64,000 bases of DNA from the human T2T-CHM13v2.0 reference genome, Homo sapiens. Positions 57,990 through 64,000 of this stretch are shown here, in pieces; the stretch's first letter is position 1, and each line of letters opens with the position of its first letter. The notes under the pieces were generated by a model. That model did not search any database. It had not been told where the DNA came from and worked only from the letters and a program-made list of their open reading frames with translations. The translations under genes were made by a program, and so were the position numbers. The DNA lies in NCBI RefSeq assembly GCF_009914755.1, contig NC_060947.1; one strand, given 5' to 3'.

Positions 57990-59190
57990 TTTCAGAGAAT
58001 GAAGAGGACAATCCAATTATATTTTCCATTACACAGAGGGAGAAACTGAGGCACCAGGTGAGGGAATAATTTGTCTAAATTTACACAGTTGCTCAGTGGT
58101 AAGGCTGTAATTAAAACACAGGATTCCTAACTCCTAGTCCATTGTAATTTCCACTAGAAAACAACCAGTCTCTAATTGTGAATTTTCAGGAACTATAAAA
58201 TCATGGGTTGTTGATTATTTTAAGTTTATGGAGAAGGAATGCTTTCTCACATCTCTAAGCCCACATCACAAAGGGGAAAGGTTATTCCTCACAGAACATT
58301 CTTACTGTAGTGAAAGTAACCTGAGCATTGGGTCAGGGAGACACAGATTTAAATGTTGTGTTACATATTTAGTAACTGTAAATATGGACAAGTTATATAA
58401 ACTCTCTGAGCATTGGTTTCTTCACCTAAAAAAATGATGCTCATATTAAGTCCCTCTCAGTGTCATTGTAAGGATTAAGTAAAATGATGTTTATAAAGCA
58501 CCTAACATAGTTCCTGGAGTATTTTAAACACTCAATAAATGGTAGCTGTTATTGTATCCTAGGCTGTGGTCTATTCTGTCTACCCAAATCTAACAGCAGT
58601 TTTAGTATGCTGGAGGCACGAGAGTTCCTGGTGCCTGAGGAAAGATTACAACTCCTACTTCCCTCGTCAGCATTGTATACTTCTTAAGAAAAGAGAAATG
58701 TCCCAACTCATTTCTACACCAAACCAATGTGCATCTGTTTGCTACTGAAGAACAAAGCTCCTCCTCAGAGAACTGGAAGGACTGAAGAGTTGGAAATAAG
58801 TCACTGGAATAAAAAATATTTATAATCCCTTGATTTAGCCTAAGAAAGAAAAGGTCAAGCAGTGACATCATAGCATATCAGTGTAAATATATAGGATGCA
58901 GTGAAATGCTCTTCCCCAAGTCCTAAGAGAGGAAAATAGTCAGTAAGAACAGTGAAAACAACATGGTAATTGGCCCAGAAAACTTACATTTGAGGCCTGG
59001 AGCTGTCTCTTATGAGCTGTGTAATTTTTGGCAAATCACTGTATCCCAAGGGGTCTTAGTTACCTCATTTTTCAAATGTAGAGACTGGACTAGATAGCAA
59101 TAATAATCAATTACATCTGTGCAGCTCTTTATGGATTGAAAAGATTCTCATATTATACTAACAGCCCCTTCTAGTTCTAACTTTCTAAGA
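57990..59190. mobile_element. MIR cluster (~57990-58160 -, ~58305-58555 +, ~58945-59190 +)
   Basis: MIR core motifs gaaactgaggc, ggtttcttcacctaaaaaatg, ctgtgtaatttttggcaaatcac. Confidence 0.7.
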
Positions 59191-60344
59191 CCTGAAAAAG
59201 AAATGATGCTAATTGAGAGCAAGAGAAAACAAGATGCATGCAAGGAAGACATTCAAAGTGTGGAGGTTCTTGGATTAATCAAAGGAAGCTATAGAATCAC
59301 TTTTTGACAGGATCTTTTTGAGCAGATTGAAGACACGTAGGTATGAATACTCAAAGGGAATCATGCTCTTAGATAAGTGGCAGCGGGTTCTCTTGGCCAA
59401 AAGACTACATGATTCTACAATTTTTCTTAAAGTTTAAGGTAAAAAGGTCCAAGGACTGAGAGGGAGATTGCCCAGATAGTGAGAGTAAAGGCAAGTAAGC
59501 AAGCTGAACTGAGACATGTCATTTCCCCAATTCTGTCATCCCCTGAGGTCTGCCCACTGCTAGAGAAAATGTCAGCAGGAGACTGACCCTCAGGCCTTCT
59601 TCACAAATAAACAAGAGAAGCTTTCTCAACAGAACCAAACTCCATGCCCTTGAGAGGCATGATCTGGTGGTGAGCGAGCCTCTTTTTACACACACTCTTG
59701 TCTTTCTCAACCCCTCCTCTTAACAATGCTGGCCAGGCCTGAGGAATGAGAAGCAGCAGCTGCAATAGCCAGCAGAGTCTTGTGCATCAGAACTAGGCCA
59801 GGCCTCAGAGGACTGCTGCAGAAGACCCTTTTCATCCATTTGTGACCTGGGCTGGGAGGGCATTAGTCAGCCCAGGAGACCCAGAATATAGCCCAAGGGC
59901 TAAGCCTCATTTCCTTTCTTCCTCACTAACCTGACTGCTTTCTACTTGCTTGTTTATGGTTCTGCTGAAAAACCTAAGGCAGCAGCAAAGGATAAATGAA
60001 AAGATGTGTTAATCTTGGCCGCAGCATTCCTAGGAATGTTTTCATCAGAGTCTGCCAGAGGGATGTTCCAGTGCTGCAGCCGAAGCCTGACATGGAGCTC
60101 TAGAGAGGAAAAAGGGAGCCAGCTCAAACTGGGGTCTGCCTTACTTGTCAGCTTTCTTATTTGAAAATGAAGATTCAAATCCCAAACTTTCAGGGTTGGC
60201 AGAAAGATTCAATAGAACAAAAAAAATGTAAATAAAATTCCTATACTTGTCATGATGGAGGCTCAACAAATGCTTGTTCTTTTCCCTAATCAAGGGACCT
60301 AGGTGATCATTCTGAATGGCTACCAAGACAGAGAGAGAGAGAGT

Positions 60345-61125
60345 GGTATATTTGCCAGCGCACTGATTCTGAAGTCAGACATTCCTAAAATTGTGCCTAG
60401 AACAATGTCTGGTACCTAATAAGTGTTTAATAAGTATATGGGGCTTACTGACTTACATTCTGCTGTTAATTTATTGTGTGAACCTTGGGCAAGTCACTAA
60501 CTCTCTTTGGGCTTCAATAGTCCTGTTTGTAAAATGATATGACAATATTTCCTGCTAAGCTTACCCTACAAAATTGTTGAGGGACACAAGACCTATGAGA
60601 GAATATATAGGGAAGTTCTGTGCACCTGTTAGAGGTAATTATTCTTGCATTTAGAAAGTCTAGGTGAAAGAAATTCCCCAAAGGATATAACTACTTGCCT
60701 AGCTCATGTTATATGGAGGGAAGGGGAGGATGAAGAAACAGTCAGGGAAAAGCCAGTCAATGAAGACTGATAGAAGAGAACTGGACCTTATCAGGGATTA
60801 AAACATACCCTGAAACAGAAGTACAGTATCCTTGTGCCCCCTGAGGGGTTTTACCCAAGCATAAGAGGCAGTATATCACAGTGGCAATAGCATATATTCT
60901 AGAACCAGATATTCTAGGTTCAAATCTATACTCAGTAACTTACATTATATATAACCCAGGGAAAATCACTAGATCTTTCAGTTTCTTCATCTGAATATGC
61001 AAGTGATCTACCCCACAGATTGTTATGAGGTTTAAAAGTTAATATGGGGAAATATGTTTAGACTAGTGCCTAGCACAGGGAAAGCACTATAGAAATTTAG
61101 GATTGGCTATTATTAGTATTATGTT
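60345..61125 (+). mobile_element. Two MIRs (~60345-60650 with an L2 tail piece; ~60865-61125)
   Basis: tgtgtgaaccttgggcaagtcactaac; tcagtttcttcatctg; gtgcctagcacag. Confidence 0.7.
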
Positions 61126-61769
61126 GCAATGTCATCCTTTCTCAGAGTGTGCATGGGAATGCTGACCCTTTTTTTAGCTTCTGATCTTCTGACCCATTGA
61201 AACCCCTTTTAATAAGCATTAATCCACAATGTTCAACCCCACCAATTCTGCAAAGGTTTCTAAGCCACTGTCTGTTTGCAGCTATAAAGCAAACAATTTC
61301 ACAATCAAATCACTCACTCTTTCCTGACCTCTCTCCTCCTCTTCCTAGAATTAATATCATAGTTAGTATTCAATGCAACTACCCAAGCAAATTTCCCATG
61401 AGGCTTTGAAACACCAACTGATGCACATTTTACAAGAAATTACTCAGATTGTAATCAAAATGACAAAAAAGGAAATATTCCATCTTTTGCTGATTCCATT
61501 GTTCTTTCTCCTGCCTTGTAAAACTCCTTCTTTCTGCCTGCTTTCAAAATAACATGTGTCATTCTCAGGCAGAATGGAGAGCAAGGTCAAAGAACAAGGA
61601 GACAGGAAAAGTTGAGGGCAATGCATCAAATCAGAGCTTTTTGGCAACATTACATGGTGACAAGATGATGGCCTATTAAAAAAAAAAAACAAACAAAAAC
61701 CTGCAATGAGCCTGTCATCGAACCCTGTTTCACAGCCCACAACACAAGACCAAGATCTGAATCACAGCA

Positions 61770-62100
61770 ATAGACTGAAACACGCTTTGAAAATCATCCT
61801 GCTGATGCCTCCTTACATCAATAGACAGGGAAACTGAGGAACATAGAAGAGGCTCAATTATTAAAGAGCAAATCTGGGATGATAGAGTTTTTTGCATTTC
61901 ACTCTCACGTACTGAGCCCCCATACTGTGCTAGGCACTGTGTTAGCTTTTTGATCTATTTTATTTCATTTTAATTTCAAGACATTCCTGTGAGGTAGGTA
62001 CTACATTAAAAACAAAACAAAACAATAGATCCCCTTTGTCGCATGCATAACTGAGACTCAAAGACCATGAGAGACATGCTTCAGGTTACCCAGTCATCAC
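61770..62100 (-). mobile_element. MIR fragments
   Basis: agggaaactgagg; actgtgctaggcactgtgttag...cctgtgaggtaggtact. Confidence 0.6.
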
Positions 62101-62359
62101 CCTGATGGCCTTACTTCCAGAGCAATATGCCCTTCACCAAACCATGATGTCTCAAGTAGGGAAGAATATTGAGGGTGGTGAACAGAGGAGCCTTTTTCAT
62201 GAGTGTCTGCAGCAGTCAATCTTCTAGATAGCCTCTGAAATTCACAGCTGCAAACTGCAACACTGGACAGAGTTGTCACTGCATCCTCGCTTATTTATTC
62301 AGGTCCTCCAACCTGCCAGAACCATTTCCATGGATAGGACAACTCACAATTTTACCCTG

Positions 62360-62548
62360 GTCCAGGGGTTCTCAAAATATGTTCCAAGAACGGCCTGCAT
62401 TAGAAAAACAAATTCCTGTCCACAGCCCACACCTACTGAATCTGAATCTGAATCTCCCTTATGGTGAGGGAAGAGACACTGGAAATCTTCATGCTTAAAA
62501 AGCATGCCAAGTGCTCTAATGTACAATAAAGTGTGAGGCCCATTGTCT
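62360..62548. mobile_element. MER5A/B-like DNA transposon
   Basis: caggggttctcaaa start, cacacctactgaatc, aagtgtgaggcccattg end. Confidence 0.7.
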
Positions 62549-63153
62549 TAGAAAAATAATCCCTGCTACTTTTCCCAAGGAGTGAAGATGAAGATCAAAT
62601 GAAGATTTAATCATTTATTTACATATGAAATATTTTCTGATGACGTAAGCTGGTCTCTGTGAGTAAATAAAACATGATGCCCACTCTTAGTAGCCTCATA
62701 GTCAAAGTAGATAAAATAAATAATAAAAATATAGTGGGACAAGTGCTAGGACAGAAGTTTGTACAGAGGTCAAAGTGATAATCCTACGTAGATAGGATTA
62801 GGGAAATTTTCCTAGAGAAAACTCCCTGAAACTCTCTTTAAAAATGAGTAGAAGGGAAACAAGACAAATAAAGATGTGTTCTAGGCAGAAGGATCAGCTG
62901 TAAAGTTCTAAAGTTGTTACATAGTTTTATTGAATAATGTATTATACCTTGTATGCCAATAGCAACTGTTATCAATTATTGTTATTGTTCTTACTATTAC
63001 CATATAGTCACTGGCAGAAAGATCCCTGACCTGGCTAGAAATCAGGAGACATGAATTAGAGATCTTTGCTCTGCCACTTTGAGGCTATTTGATTTTAGGC
63101 AATACATTTCTCCTCTCTTGTTCTTAATTTGTACATCTGTAAGACAGAAATTA

Positions 63154-63585
<432 letters not shown>

Positions 63586-64000
63586 CTATTAAGTACTGGG
63601 CACTGTGCTAGGTGCTGGGGAAATAGTGATAAACAGTAAAGGCCAGTAGTGATGAAGCAAGACAAATTATAGTAATAAACTGTGATGATTATTTTGAAAA
63701 AATGTTATAGGAATAAATGCCAGTGTATAGCAAGGTGCACTGTACTGCCTGCTTTGATGATCAAATGAGAAAATTCAATATGAAAATCCTCTAAAAGCCA
63801 TGACTATACAAATAAAAATTATTCTGTTAGATATAGCTATTAGAAGTGTAGGGGGGTAGTTGAATTACCGTGTATTTCAACATTTTAACTCATGGACTTT
63901 ATATGCATTATCATTCTAGCTTCTGGGTAGCTTCCACTTTCAGATGACTTTGTCCAAATTTCCTTGTAATAAGCCTTTCAAATATCTTTCTTCAAACTAC

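Overview
AT-rich primate (human-like) genomic DNA, almost entirely transposable-element relics. I see no host protein-coding exon, RNA gene or intact autonomous element, and no novel biological system. About 4.7-57 kb is two nests of LINE-1s. The + strand nest is an L1PA5/6 fused to an L1MA2-like host containing THE1, Alus, L1PB and L1PA7. The - strand nest is L1MA3 and L1MA1 containing L1PA4, L1MA4A, L1PA13/PREC2 and Alus. A twin-primed L1PA2/3 lies between the nests. 57-64 kb is older MIR/L2/MER5 plus unique DNA with possible enhancer motifs. All long ORFs are broken L1 ORF1/ORF2 frames or their antisense shadows. The most notable observations are: (i) a ~200 bp non-repeat polyadenylated retrocopy with TSD inside an L1; (ii) a ~200 bp patch of younger L1PA sequence duplicated inside an older L1PA7; (iii) four deletion junctions, three of which removed L1 3' ends; (iv) a ~26 bp L1 insertion whose tail became (TA)n. 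Subfamily names come from my recall of consensus sequences and need RepeatMasker/Dfam confirmation.
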